A stretch of 64,000 bases of DNA from Stegostoma tigrinum (Eukaryota), in NCBI RefSeq assembly GCF_030684315.1, contig NC_081355.1, positions 67,232,924-67,296,923 of the forward strand. Reading direction: 5' to 3'. Below, one piece after another: positions 1-12,189 of this stretch. The translations under genes and the position numbers were made by a program. The notes beneath the pieces were generated by a model, which worked only from the letters and a program-made list of their open reading frames with translations, made no database searches and had not been told where the DNA came from. Within the stretch, counting starts at the first letter, position 1. Each line of letters begins with the position of its first letter.

Positions 1-519
1 CACCTTGTTATTTCATAAAACTGAAGGTTCAGGATGGTGGCGCCGACACGATAGGTCGAGCTTGGGCTGAGTCCATCTGCTCCAGAATGGCCACATTATT
101 TTTCTCTCTCTTCTTTTCATCTTTCTTTGTCTTTTTCTTCATCTTTCTGAAGTTATGGTGAGGCCGATTGGTGTGTTGGTGATGACTGCTGGCTGCATAG
201 GCCTGATGCTTGGACAACTGGAAAAGGCCAGGGTTTGGCTGTAGCAATACTGAAGCTGGGATTCCTGGCCTCTCAGGCCCAATGTATGGACTCCTAGAAT
301 CAGCGAGGCATCGGCTGCAGCAATGGCAGACCAGGGACTCATGGCTGCAGTAGACCTGGAGCGTGGACTCTTCTGGCAGTGGCAGGTTGTTAACTGTGGT
401 GATGTCAGTGCCTGGAACAGGGTCTCCTGGCTGTTACAGGCTCAGAACAGGGAACTTGCAGAAGTCCTGAGCCATATTTGGGACCCCGGCTGATTAAAAC
501 TCTATTTAAGTACTTCCTT

Positions 520-616
520 TTTATTCTTTCATACTTCAAACTGGTGCTGGATTGGTGGCGACAGAACACTTTTCATTGTATCTCCCTAAATATCTGTGAC
601 AATAAATCATTCATTC
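520..616 (+). mobile_element. 3' end of an old LINE/SINE-like repeat (ends ...TGTGACAATAAA + TCAT repeats); a related copy lies at ~57440-57560 on the minus strand
   Basis: Similar to the reverse complement of 57445-57530 (GGCGAC...TTCA(C/T)TGTA...TGTGACAATAAA); family not identified. Confidence 0.35.
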
Positions 617-619
617 AAC

Positions 620-722
620 TTCTGAAAATGCATTTTGCAAGACATGAAATATTAATTCTGATTCTTTCTCCACAAATGCTGCCAGATCTGCTGAGTTTCT
701 CAAACAGTTTTTTTTGTTTTTA
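620..722 (+). mobile_element. Old PLE-terminus fragment (degenerate hammerhead-bearing subfamily)
   Basis: TTCTCCACAAATGCTGCCAGATCTGCTGAGTTTCTC matches the conserved block seen at 16200-16260, 38530-38590 and 63180-63235. Confidence 0.55.
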
Positions 723-1439
723 CTGTATCCCAACGACTGATGCTTCCGTGGGTGCAGGAAAAAAAATACCCTGGAAACTAAAATACCTGATGGAATTGCT
801 GTGAATGAATTATCTTCTGTGTGCTTCACAAAATCTTAGTGCGATCTGAATGTTAAAACTTCTGTATAAACACAAGTTTGATGACGCCTCGGTAACAGAA
901 TTTAAGTATTCCAATGTGGTTGCCTTATTCATTCATTTGAGCCACTACTGAGTTATGATTTTCTCAAAAATGTTGCTTAGAAAGGAAGAAGATAGCTTGG
1001 GAGTTCCAGCCTTCCAGATGTAAAGCCCTTGACATTACTCACACAGCCACATAATTCCACATCTGCCAAACTGGAAACAAATAGCTTGAAGTTCACTGAA
1101 CATATATTACGGATTTTCTCTGTAGCAGTTGCAGTGAATCTCTCTGGAATGAAGTTCTTGTTGCTAATATTGTTACCTAGATCAGCAGGTTCTGAGTAAT
1201 GAGGTTTCATCCCCATTGATTTAAATGATTAACTAATTACTCATCCAAATTCAATCATTAGTATCTATTAGAAAGAGCAACGACTATATTTAAAATATAT
1301 TTGTTCTGCACTAGAGCCATGGAGTGAGCATTGTGATAACTTGTGCAGCTTGTTGTAGTGTGTTAAAGCCTTAATTCTTACGGCTTAAGGAAATGTTATT
1401 CAAGAACAATGACATTTACGTAATAAACACAGATAATGT

Positions 1440-2085
1440 GCACGGGTCATCAAAGTTGGTTGGACGGGTGGAGAGATCAGCTACAGCCACAGTGTCCGTG
1501 GCTTTGTTAATAGAGGCATCGAATTCCAGAACAAAGAAGTGGCATTGACCTTGTACAACACACTTCTTAGACCTCAGCTGCACTGTACAGAGTGAGCACC
1601 ACGTAATAGGAAAAACGAGAATACATCGGAGCGAGTGCAGAAGCAACTTACAAGAATGTTTCCAGGCACTAGGATAGATTGAGAAAGTTGGGATTGCTCC
1701 TCTTGGATTCAAGACTGCTGAGATGAGATTTGACAGAGGTTTTCAAAATTATCAACAGGTGGGATAAAGTAATTAGAATGAGGCACTTTCTGCTTGTTAA
1801 AGAAAATTGAATGACTAGGTATAGTTTTAAAAAGATGTACAAAAGAAGCATGGGTATGAAAGAAATACTTCATTCCACAGCAAGTAATTAGAGGTATGGA
1901 ATGCATTACATGAAAACGTGGTGGAGATATGTTCAGTTGAGGGTGTTTGAGAGGGCACTAGATGATTATTTGGAAAGGAATGGTGTGCAGGGATATGGGG
2001 AAAAGACAGGAGATTGGCAATTATAAATAGAGCCAGTATAGACATGATGAGCTGGATTGCCATCTTCTGTACTATAGCAATTCTG
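1440..2085 (+). mobile_element. Decayed CR1 LINE 3' fragment
   Basis: Degenerate LGFINRGIEF / LYxTLxRPxL / LEKLGLLL-like coding remnants and CR1-type 3' UTR, collinear with 6520-7160. Confidence 0.75.
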
Positions 2086-2711
2086 AGAATTTATAAGACT
2101 TAGAAATCTTCAACCCGGTCAGAGAGCATTTACGGAAAAGACATGAAAATACTTTTTCATTAATATATTTTGATTTGCAACAATTTTCAGGAATAGTCCA
2201 TTCCTAAAATGTCACCTGCTCAGTGTTTCTACGTTTGATGTTTATGTCTTGGATCTCCAGTGGGTGCTGTGTTATATTAGCAGTTTAAAAAAAAATCAAT
2301 CAACTGTACCTTTTATCATGCTTTCAATATCTGAGCCCTTATATGAAATTTTCATAAAATAAAGAATACAATTACTGATGTAAAATGATCATCTAGCCTC
2401 CGATTGAAGCAAGTCCAAGAGACCAATGTGGAATAAACAAAATCATCTACACTGAAATCACCATTTTATCTACAGATAAATAAACTAGGCAACCGAATCA
2501 GCATCAGCATCTTGTTTTAATTCAAAACTTGTTCGAGAATTGCACATGGTAGATACCTAAGTTTGTTACTAATATTCAGCTTGTAAAGACCATGTCAGAT
2601 TTAGGATTATATAAGCAAACCACATTTCGGTGGCTATTTTTGAGCAGGAAGGCCCAGAAGGAAAAAATGGATTTGTATCAGAACTGGGAGATTCACTTTC
2701 ACCCTCCCTAC

Positions 2712-2810
2712 CTGTTTCCTCAAGCCTCTCAAAAACCTGGACACAGTGATAAAGCAAATTGGTGAAACAATTTGCTGAAACATCAAGGATTATTACAGTT
2801 TCCACTACTG
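2712..2810 (-). other. Candidate 99-bp internal exon (phase 1-1), xVVETVIILDVSANCFTNLLYHCVQVFERLEET
   Basis: Minus strand: tttatttcag acceptor, CAG|gtaggg donor, one open frame, unique non-repeat context; no protein family recognised. Confidence 0.25.
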
Positions 2811-3509
2811 CTGAAATAAAACATCTTTAAACAGAGCCTTTCAAGTTAAATTTGACAGTTTAAGTAATCTAACATCTTTTTATTTAAACTGCACATTCGT
2901 GACGTTACCTTCGTATCAGAATTCACTTATTTTTAGAGTTTATATCTGTGTTAGTAGTAATGAAATTCCTCTTCCATTCATTTTCAAAAAGCATTGGTAT
3001 TTAATGTCTTCACTTTGATTGAATGGGCTAAGTTCTAATTGAAGTGAGATAGATATGTACTCTTCAAAAACATTGTTGTAAGTAACTGAGGTAGTTGATA
3101 AAAAGGAAACCAGTTGACCCCTCCTCACTTGATCGTTACAAATTTGGGAACTTGGCTGGTAAGTTCCTATAGGTGGACAACAGAATTAGAGTGGGAAGAT
3201 AAATTATTCCTACAAAAGCTGACATCAAAAAGGTGGCAATAAAAGGTTTATTGACTTTGTAAAACTTCAAATTATTTCAAATGATAACACTTGATCTTAA
3301 TGCTTTCACTGATTTGGAATGAAAGAATTTATGCAAAACTTACAGCTTGTTCTTGGAATAGATTTAAAATAGGAGCTAAGATCTCTGATGAGTTCTACCT
3401 GATATTCAGAAAACAGATATTAAAAGGCGCAGTGATATATCTAGAGATAGAAGTGGAGGACAGTGAAACTGATCAATTAAGATTTGAACAGGTAGATTAG
3501 AACTGGATA

Positions 3510-3670
3510 CTCAACAGAGGGAAAAAAAGAAGAAATAAATTCCAAGAAAAAAGAGAGAGGAGCAAGAAAAGGAGAGAAATAGAGCGAGGAAAGGAATGAT
3601 AAGAGAAAATTGTAGGAAACAGAAGCAGAGCAAGAGAGGCAGGGAAAGAAAAGACAGAAAGAGAGTTCAT
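3510..3670. repeat. Purine-rich (A/G) low-complexity tract
   Basis: Almost exclusively A/G on the + strand. Confidence 0.7.
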
Positions 3671-3949
3671 TTGAGATGGTTTGAACATTGGAGATTTCCA
3701 TTGAAGGCTGCTCTGGTGAAGAAATCACACCTATCTCAGTTTTAATAAGGAGCTATTCAAATACACTCATTTAATCACTAAGCTTGAGAGGTTTCTGATT
3801 GCATTTGATCTCAATTGATGTATTTAAGAACTTCCTTGAGAGTTTATTTTCAATTACTTTGAAAGGTTTCAATGTCTTAATTGAAAGGTTATAGATATTT
3901 TTGAAAGCTTTAATACCATTAAGTGGTATATAATGTGCCTACCAGTTTG

Positions 3950-4160
3950 TTGTTTTTCATTTATGATATTTAGGCATTGCTGGCTGTGTCAGAATTATTG
4001 CCCATCACAGAGGCAGGTGGGACAGGTTCAGTTTGGGAATATAGTCAGCATTGACTCTTAGATTGAAGGGTATGTTTGCATACTGTATGACTCTATAATT
4101 GCCCTTGAGATGATTGGTGTTTAGCTGCCTTCTTGAATTGCTGTAGTCTGTGTGCTTTCG
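3950..4160 (-). mobile_element. L2/CR1-superfamily LINE 3' tail (minus), interrupted by a short CR1/HE1-type tail at ~4020-4095
   Basis: Reverse complement matches CAAGAAGGCAGCT...CTCAAGGGCAATTA...GATGGGCAATAA as at 21980-22078. Confidence 0.55.
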
Positions 4161-4749
4161 GTAGTATATCTGTGTCTCTGAATTCTGCCATTCATTCCAG
4201 ACGAGAAAATAATAACTGTGCTATTTGTAAAAGCAAGGCAAGAAAAATCAATATCAATTTTCAGGTAGGAATACATTGCTTTGCTGTAACATTTATACCT
4301 CAACTGGAGTCACTGATTAGAGATCAGAGTAGACATGTGGCTAATTTTCTTGACCTAGTTATCTTATTGTATAGCAATATATTGCATTGTTAGTATAGCT
4401 CCAGGTAAGATTGACAAATGACTTTTTAATGATTTGTGTTTTAAATACAGCAGGGTTTCTCTGTGGCAATGCAGATGTTACCCTTTGAGATATAAGAAAG
4501 TAGATGATGGGTAACATGGGATGGGAAGATTGGAAGATCCAACAAATGTTTGTTACATCACTCTAATGTATACAAATGTTATATTATAGGTACATATATG
4601 CCTAGCTAATATTAAGCTATTCAGCTACAAAGAGTAATATGCTTCCATTAGTGTGTCATGTTTTGGGGGCCCAAGTTAAGACATAGTTTGAGACTTTTTT
4701 ACCGTCAGGTCATAAGCAGTGGCGATGTCATGAAAAAGTCTTTTAGAAG

Positions 4750-7166
4750 TGACTGGAACCTCCTTCGAGCAGAAGATTTGAATGGAGCTGTTTTTGTAAG
4801 GTGTGTTCAGGAGGGTTTCCTAACGCAGTACGTTAACAGGCCGACGAGGGGAGAGGCCATTCTAGACTTGGTGCTCGGAAACGAGCCAGGGCAGGTATCA
4901 GATCTTGTGGTGGGAGAGCATTTTGGTGATAGTGACCATAACTGCCTCACATTCTACATAGCTATGGAGAAGGAGAGGATTAGGCAAAATGGGAGGATAT
5001 TTAATTGGGGAAGAGGAAACTATGATGCGATTAGACATGAGTTAGGAAGCATGGACTGGGAGCAGTTGTTCCATGGTAAGGGAACTATAGACATGTGGTG
5101 ACTGTTTAAGGAACAGTTGTTGGGAGTGATGAGTAAATATGTCCCTCTGAGACAGGCAAGAAGGGGTAAGATAAAGGAACCTTGGATGACGAGAGCGGTG
5201 GAGCTTCTTGTGAAAAGGAAGAAGGTAGCTTACATAAGGTGGAGGAAGCTAGGGTCAAGTTCAGCTAGAGAGGATTACATGCAGGCAAGGAAGGAGCTCA
5301 AAAATGGTCTGAGGAGAGCCAGGAGGGGGCACGAGAAAGGCTTGGCAGAAGGAATCCGGGAAAACACAAAGGCATTTTACACTTATGTGAGGAATAAGAG
5401 AATGGTCAAAGAAAGAGTAGGGCCGATCAGGGATAGCATAGGGAACTTGTGTGTGGAGCCTGAGGAGGTAGGGGAAGCCCTAAATGAGTTTTTTGCTTCT
5501 GTCTTTACAAAAGAAACGAACTTTGTAGTGAATGAAACCTTTGAAGAGCAGGTGTGCATGCTGGAATGGATAGAGATAGAGGAAGCTGATGTGCTGAAAA
5601 TTTTGTCAAACATTAAGATTGACAAGTCGCTAGGCCCGGACCAGATTTGTCCTCGGCTGCTTTGGGAAGCGAGAAATGCAATTGCTTCGCCACTTGTGAA
5701 GATCTTTGCATCCTCGCTCTCCACTGGAGTCGTACCTGAGGACTGGAGAGGGGCAAATGTAATTCCTCTCTTCAAGAAAGGAAATAGGGAAATCCCCGGC
5801 AATTATAGACCAGTAAGTCTCACGTCTGTCGTCTGCAAGGTGTTAGAAAGGATTTTGAGGGATAAGATTTATGACCATCTGGAAGAGCATGGCTTGATCA
5901 AATACAGTCAACACGGCTTTGTGAGGGGTAGGGCATGCCTTACAAACCTTATCGAGTTTTTTGTGGATGTGACTAGAAAAGTTGATGAGGGTCGAGCTGT
6001 GGATGTGGTGTATATGGACTTCAGTAAGGCATTTGATAAGGTTCCCCATGGTAGGCTCATTCAGAAGGTCAGGAGGAATGGGATACAGGGGAACTTAGCT
6101 GCTTGGATACAGAATTGGCTGGCCGACAGAAGACAGCGAGTGGTAGTAGAAGGAAAATATTCTGCCTGGAAGTCAGTGGTGAGTGGGGTTCCACAGGGCT
6201 CTGTCCTTGGGCCTCTACTGTTTGTAATTTTTATTAATGACTTGGATGAGGGGATTGAAGGATGGGTCAGCAAGTTTGCAGACGACACAAAGGTCGGAGG
6301 TGTCGTTGACAGTATAGAGGGCTGTTGTAGGCTGCAGCGGGACATTGACAGGATGCAGAGATGGGCTGAGAGGTGGCAGATGGAGTTCAACCTGGATAAA
6401 TGCGAGGTGATGCATTTTGGAAGGTCGAATTTGAAAGCTGAGTACAGGATTAAGGATAGGATTCTTGGCAGCGTGGAGGAACAGAGGGATCTTGGTGTGC
6501 AGATACATAGATCCCTTAAAATGGCCACCCAAGTGGACAGGGTTGTTAAGAAAGCATATGGTGTTTTGGCTTTCATTAGCAGGGGGATTGAGTTTAAGAG
6601 TCGTGAGATCTTGTTGCAGCTCTATAAAACTTTGGTTAGACCGCACTTGGAATACTGCGTCCAGTTCTGGGCGCCCTATTATAGGAAAGATGTGGATGCT
6701 TTGGAGAGGGTTCAGAGGAGGTTTACCAGGATGCTGCCTGGACTGGAGGTGTTATCTTATGAAGAGAGGTTGACTGAGCTTGGTCTCTTTTCATTGGAGA
6801 AAAGGAGGAGGAGAGGGGACCTAATTGAGGTATACAAGATAATGAGAGGCATAGATAGAGTTGATAGCCAGAGACTATTTCCCAGGGCAGAAATGGCTAG
6901 CACGAGGGGTCATAGTTTTAAGCTGGTTGGTGGAAAGTATAGAGGGGATGTCAGAGGCAGGTTCTTTACGCAGAGAGTTGTGAGAGCATGGAATGCGTTG
7001 CCAGCAGCAGTTGTGGAAGCAAGGTCATTGGGGTCATTTAAGAGACTGCTGGACATGTATATGGTCACAGAAATTTGAGGGTGCATACATGAGGATCAAT
7101 GGTCGGCACAACATCGTGGGCTGAAGGGCCTGTTCTGTGCTGTACTGTTCTATGTTCTATGTTCTA
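4750..7166 (+). mobile_element. Young 5'-truncated CR1 (HER1-type) non-LTR retrotransposon
   Basis: Starts within the APE endonuclease (DWNLL...LDLVL...GDSDH), contains full RT (NYRPVSLTS, YMDFSKAFDKV, GVPQGSVLGP, KFADD), 3' UTR and (TATGTTC)n-type tail. Confidence 0.97.
4751..7078 (+). pseudogene. CR1 ORF2 (C-terminal endonuclease + reverse transcriptase), one in-frame TGA at 5099-5101
   Basis: ORFs 4658-5101 and 5117-7078 share a frame and are separated by a single stop; canonical non-LTR RT motifs. Confidence 0.95.
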
Positions 7167-8051
7167 AGTATAGTGACACACTGACTATGAAACATAACAC
7201 AACAGTAGGAATGAAATCTGGAATATTGTTGCATGAACCAAAGATGGTTTAGCTAACTGGAGGATTTTGCAGAAAACTAATATTATGTGGAATCAGACAG
7301 AAAATTTAACATGTTAATAATGGGAGATCCAATTTCTGGCAATAATCTAACAGGAAATCTCTTAAGAAAAAGTACCATTGAAGCAGGTGAATGCAAAAAC
7401 ATACACAAATTTTAAAATTGTAGAACTATACTACCCAAGGAGGCCTTTTGGCACATTGTTTCTCTGCCAGTCCTTCGAATTAAGTTTCCATTTAGTCTCA
7501 CTCCTCAGCCCTTTCCTTAGAACGTAGGAATATTTTCTTTTTCAAATATAAATCCTACTAGCTTTTGAAAGAAACTATTAAATTTACTTTTATTAACTTT
7601 CCAATTAACATGTTAAAAACGATAAAAGAATTCACTTAATCACATCTGTTGTTCTCACAAAATCATAAAAGCATGTGGGAGTCTGTGCATTAATGTACAA
7701 TGCAGGAGCTTGATTAATTGTGACATAAGCAACATTTGAGTAGCTGATTACATCATCATATCAGCTACATCCTTGCAATGATACACTCACAGCAATTACT
7801 TTTCCTCAGTTTGAGTGCACTCTAGCAGCAATTTCAGATGATTAGGATTTCGACTATTTTATCTACATTTCTGGCATCCAGACAGGTAACTACTCCCCGC
7901 AAGCTCACATCATAATTGTTCTTGTTCTGTTTCCCTTCCCTTCTCAATCGTTCAACCTTGAACCCTGAAACTGCTGTCACCACTCCCATTATTCAACTGT
8001 CTCCAATGAATCCCAGGGACTCCTGTTATCCACTGATCCCTCCAACACAAT

Positions 8052-8382
8052 GGGGAGGCAACAGCCTAGTGGAATTATCACAAGACTATTATTCCAGAAG
8101 CTCAGCCAATGTTCTGGGGACCTGGGTTTATATCCTGCCATGAATTCAAAAATCTGGAAATAAGGGTCTAACAATGGCCATGATTTGTTGGGGAAAACCC
8201 ATCTGGTTCCTTTGTGCCCTTTTAGGTAGGGAAACTGCCATCCTCTTCTGGTCTGGCCTACATGTGACTCCAGACCAACAACAATGTGGTTGACTCTTAA
8301 CTGCCCTCTGGCCAATTAGGGATGGGAAATAAATGCTGGTCCAGCCAGCAACACCAACACCAACGTCCCATGAATGAATAAA
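8052..8382 (+). mobile_element. tRNA-derived SINE with L2/CR1-superfamily 3' tail
   Basis: A-box-like GCCTAGTGG, B-box-like GGGTTTATATCC, 3' end GGGATGGGAAATAAATGCTGG...CCCATGAATGAATAAA shared with LINE tails in the window; related minus-strand copies at 44060-44200 and 44610-44975. Confidence 0.8.
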
Positions 8383-8782
8383 GGAAAATAAACCTTAAAC
8401 CCCGAAACTATCAATTCTGATCACTGGAAGTAAACATCTTTTTTTTTAAGCCGTGGGGAATGTCCTGTGTCACAGGTGAAGAATGGTTCCATGGTTTAGC
8501 CATGCCTATTTGGGAGCTCTGGGAAGTCCTGTTCTCCACAGACCAAGATGAGCTGAATGGAGGTTGCAGTGGAGATTAGCAGCCATGGGCTCATAAGAAA
8601 AATTGGGTGAAATGTCACAAAGGAGTGAATAGCACCCTGCAATTTGAAAGGATACCAAGTGGCAATCAAGCAATGTAAGTATGTGTATGGAGAGGAATAC
8701 CAGGCTGGAACTTGAGTTCCAGATAGAACATGTGGACTGGGTATAAAGAAGACATTTCATTTGAGGAAGCTGGACCACTTGC

Positions 8783-8784
<2 letters not shown>

Positions 8785-8847
<63 letters not shown>
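8785..8847. repeat. (TG)31 microsatellite
   Basis: Perfect dinucleotide run. Confidence 0.99.
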
Positions 8848-8850
<3 letters not shown>

Positions 8851-9023
8851 GCAAGGATCAGTACTAGGACCCCAGTATTCACATTATATGCTACCAAATT
8901 GCTGAGGGCAGTAAATATAATGTCTCCAAACTTGCAGATGACTCAAGCTAGATTGGAGGATGAGGAGATGTTTCAATGTGATTTGGATAAGCTGAATGAT
9001 TGGGCAGATGCACGCCAGATAGT

Positions 9024-9354
9024 GTCATCACAGAATCTCTACAGTGAGAAGCAGGCCATTTGGCCCATCTCATCCATACCAATTCTCTGGAGAGCATGCC
9101 ATCCAGACCCATCCACATCCCTTATCCCTGCTTTTCCCATAGCTAACCCCCTAACCTGCACATCCCTGGAGACCGTGGGCAATTTAGTATGGCTAATCCA
9201 CCCACCTGCATGTCTTTGGACTGTGGGAGGAAATCCATGCAGTCATGTGGAAAATATGCACATTCCACACAGTCAGTCACCCGAGGCTGGAGTTGAACTT
9301 AGTTCCCTGGCACTGTGAGGTAGCAGTGTTGACCATTGAAACACCATGCTGCCC
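9024..9354 (-). mobile_element. HE1-type SINE (V-SINE)
   Basis: tRNA-like head, V-domain-like core and CR1-derived tail; matches 36200-36525. Confidence 0.9.
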
Positions 9355-9448
9355 ATGCACCAGTCACTGGTAAGCAGACAGGCGCAGCAGGTGGCAAAAA
9401 AGACAAGTGAGAGGATTTGATTACAGGAGCAAGCTACAGCTATGACCA

Positions 9449-9979
9449 CGAAATGTGAGGCTGGATGAACACAGCAGGCCAAGCAGCATCTCAGGAGCAC
9501 AAAAGCTGACGTTTCGGGCCTAGACCCTTCATCAGAGAGGGGGATGGGGTGAGGGTTCTGGAATAAATAGGGAGAGAGGGGGAAGCGGACCGAAGATGGA
9601 GAGAAAAGAAGATAGGTGGAGAGAGTATAGGTGAGGAGGTAGGGAGGGGATAGGTCAGTCCAGGGAAGACGGACAGGTCAAGGAGGTGGGATGCCACCTC
9701 CTTGACCTGTCCGTCTTCCCTGGACTGACCTATCCCCTCCCTACCTCCCCACCTATACTCTCTCCACCTATCTTCTTTTCTCTCCATCTTCGGTCCGCTT
9801 CCCCCTCTCTCCCTATTTATTCCAGAACCCTCACCCCATCCCCCTCTCTGATGAAGGGTCTAGGCCCGAAGCGTCAGCTTTTGTGCTCCTGAGATGCTGC
9901 TTGGCCTGCTGTGTTCATCCAGCCTCACATTTTGTTGTCTTGGATTCTCCAGCATCTGCAGTTCCCATTATCTCTGATA
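9449..9979 (+). mobile_element. PLE-terminus fold-back insertion: ~239-bp inverted arms (9451-9689 / 9694-9932) + 3' tail; 15-bp TSD
   Basis: Near-perfect inverted repeat with 4-nt loop; TSD CTACAGCTATGACCA at 9434-9448 and 9980-9994; arms match the 3' UTR of the PLEs at 23047-23629 and 39184-40553. Confidence 0.93.
9508..9535 (-). ncRNA. Minimal type-I hammerhead ribozyme motif (PLE-associated)
   Basis: CTGATGA-A-GGGTCTAGGCCC-GAAA-C-GTC on minus; the + arm copy (9848-9875) has GAAA>GAAG. Confidence 0.75.
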
Positions 9980-10433
9980 CTACAGCTATGACCATCTTGG
10001 TGAAACCATATCTGGAATATTGTGTGCAGTTTTGGTCTCTTTAACAGAGGGAGGATGTTCTGCTGTAGAGGGAGTATTGTGGAAATTTACCAGACTGATT
10101 CCTTGGAATGGTGGGGTTGGCATATGAGAAGATGTTGAATCAGTTAGGATTATATTTGCTGAGGTTAAGAATACTGAGGGGGGAATTTCACAGAAACCTG
10201 TAAAATTTTAACAGAACTGGAGGAGGTAGATGTGGGCAGGTTTTTCCTAATAGCATGAGAGAGGGCAGAAGCAGGGTTTACAGTTTAAGGGTACATGTAC
10301 CATTTAAGACTGGGTTAAGGAGAATTTTTGTTGCTCCCAGATATTTACTATCACAGAAACCATTCAAGGCTAAAACACTGTATAATTTCAGGATGGAGTT
10401 GGACATAGCACTTGGGGTCAAAATGGATAAAGG

Positions 10434-10810
10434 AGTCAAGGGATACAGGGGAAACAACATCAACAGGCTTTTCAGTTGGATGATCGGCCATGAGCATTGT
10501 AAATGACGGAGAGGGCTTGAAGGGCCAAATGGCTTACTCCTGCTCCTAATTTCTATTTTCTCGCGAACAATAATTGGTGATCCCCTAATGCATTTGAGAC
10601 TGACTGGCCTGACACATGTCTCTAAAGAAACAATCTAGATGCACAGAATTCAATGTCATTGTGACTTTTACAGTCCCAGTTTTTCAATTGAATTGTCTCC
10701 CAGTCAACAAGGACATGGTGTTCCTGAAGGAGGTGACATCAGAAAGTGATAGAATCCCATGACATCCTCAGCTCCCTTTGACACTGTCACTCTGCCATTT
10801 GCAGGAAATT
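10434..10810 (+). repeat. Left arm of old inverted duplication (partner 12190-12549)
   Basis: Collinear diverged match to the reverse complement of 12190-12549, spanning a CR1 3' end plus ~250 bp downstream. Confidence 0.8.
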
Positions 10811-11566
10811 ATACTGCCTGCAGTATGTCTAGTTATATTTTGTTGCTCAGTGTCTCCCTGACCCCTGGCTGTTATCATCTTGAGCTGTCGGATCTTCTGC
10901 CGGTTCTCTTGTTGGCATCTGACTGCCATTGAGCCTGATCCTGGGCCAAACTCAGCTGATTACTCTGCTGCTATGCCAAAGCCAGTAGAACCACTAAACA
11001 TACTTGAGTCTTTTAGTGTTGATGAGGTGAATGGTAGACAGTGCAGGCAAAAATCTAGTCAACACAATCTCTATGCGCCCCTCCTGATCTAAAAGTGAGC
11101 CATTCCATGGTGTTGACCCTGGTCTTTGTACACCTGATAATGGATATTTTCAACCTTGACTATTTTCCTGAAACAATCACTTGCTGTTGCAGTTATATTT
11201 CTGGATACTCCCATAATAGCCTTCAAACTGGAAGCTATTACCTTGCTTTCCTTTGATAACTTTGAAATTGTTTCCTTCCTTCAGCTTCCACTCCCACTCC
11301 ATCACCTTTGCTCTGACCTCTAACCCATCCACCATCACCATTGATCAACTATTGTTCATCTTAGACCTGCACTGAATCCCCCAACCTCAACATCCCCGCC
11401 ACTGTCAATCAATGGTCCCACCCTCCCCAGAATCAGCACCACTGTTCGCCCCCTTGGTCAGCCATATTCTGATCCTCCTGTGTAGGCAGCACTCTCCCTT
11501 TCCATGCTCACTCCTTCGCTCAGTCAGGGCCAGATTCTCTTGCACTACTACTACCTGATCACAATA

Positions 11567-11890
11567 AATCACAGAATCCCTACAGTGTGGAAACAGACCC
11601 TTTGGCTCAATAAGTCCACACTGACCCTCAGGGCATCCCACCCAGAATCATTCCTCTCTGACCCACCTAATCTACATATCCCTGAACTCTATGGGCAATT
11701 TAGCATGGCCAATCCACCTAGCCTGCACATCTTCAGATTGTGGGAGGAAACTGGAGCATCTGGATGAAACCCACACAGACTTGGGGATAATGTGCAAACT
11801 CCATGCACACAGTCGCCCAAGAATGGATTCAAACTCGGATCCCTGGTGCTGTGAGGCAGCATTGTTAATCACTGAGTCACTGTGCCGCCC
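11567..11890 (-). mobile_element. HE1-type SINE
   Basis: Head GGGCGGCACAGTG, V-core, tail TTTCCACACTGTAGGGATTC on minus. Confidence 0.92.
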
Positions 11891-12189
11891 AACTCACCCA
11901 CAGTCCAAAAAAAAACCTGCCTGTGAAGAAAAAATCCTGCTTCTATCAAGCCCAAACCCACCAGGAAAATCACTATGCCTGCTGTACACCCCATCTTTAA
12001 ACACTCATGAATCTGAAAGCTTATGTTTCTTGTTTACTGCAGGATTAATCATAAAGTTTCACTTAATCCAATGACATAATTTTTTTTACTGAAGGTGTAT
12101 GATGTGCTAATGCATTCAAAATAAGTTCCCACCCATCAATTGCCATCAGGAAACTCAATATGCTTTCATTCTATCACCACCCTAATATA

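Larger units (their letters stand above)
8850..10560 (+). mobile_element. Old CR1 3' portion, interrupted by an HE1 SINE and a PLE fold-back insertion
   Basis: QGSVLGP-, KLADD- and LVKPYLEYCVQFW-like remnants in collinear pieces; CR1 3' UTR ending ~10560. Confidence 0.8.

Noticed and set aside
5383-6773. Long antisense and alternative-frame ORFs over the CR1 RT
   Set aside because: Shadow ORFs of the ORF2 coding sequence.
8666-9318. ORFs with CVCVCV/THTHTH runs
   Set aside because: Read-through of the (TG)n microsatellite and adjacent repeats.
9491-9892. ORFs ending ...SPSLMKGLGPKRQLLCS and the recurrent MLLRCCLACCVHP peptides
   Set aside because: Chance translations of the non-coding PLE terminus; they repeat only because the repeat is repeated.
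9449-9979. Interpretation of the palindromes as DNA-transposon MITEs or CRISPR-like arrays
   Set aside because: Variable arm length, variable 13-16 bp TSDs, a one-sided tail and identity to PLE 3' ends indicate retrotransposition; there is no repeat-spacer periodicity.
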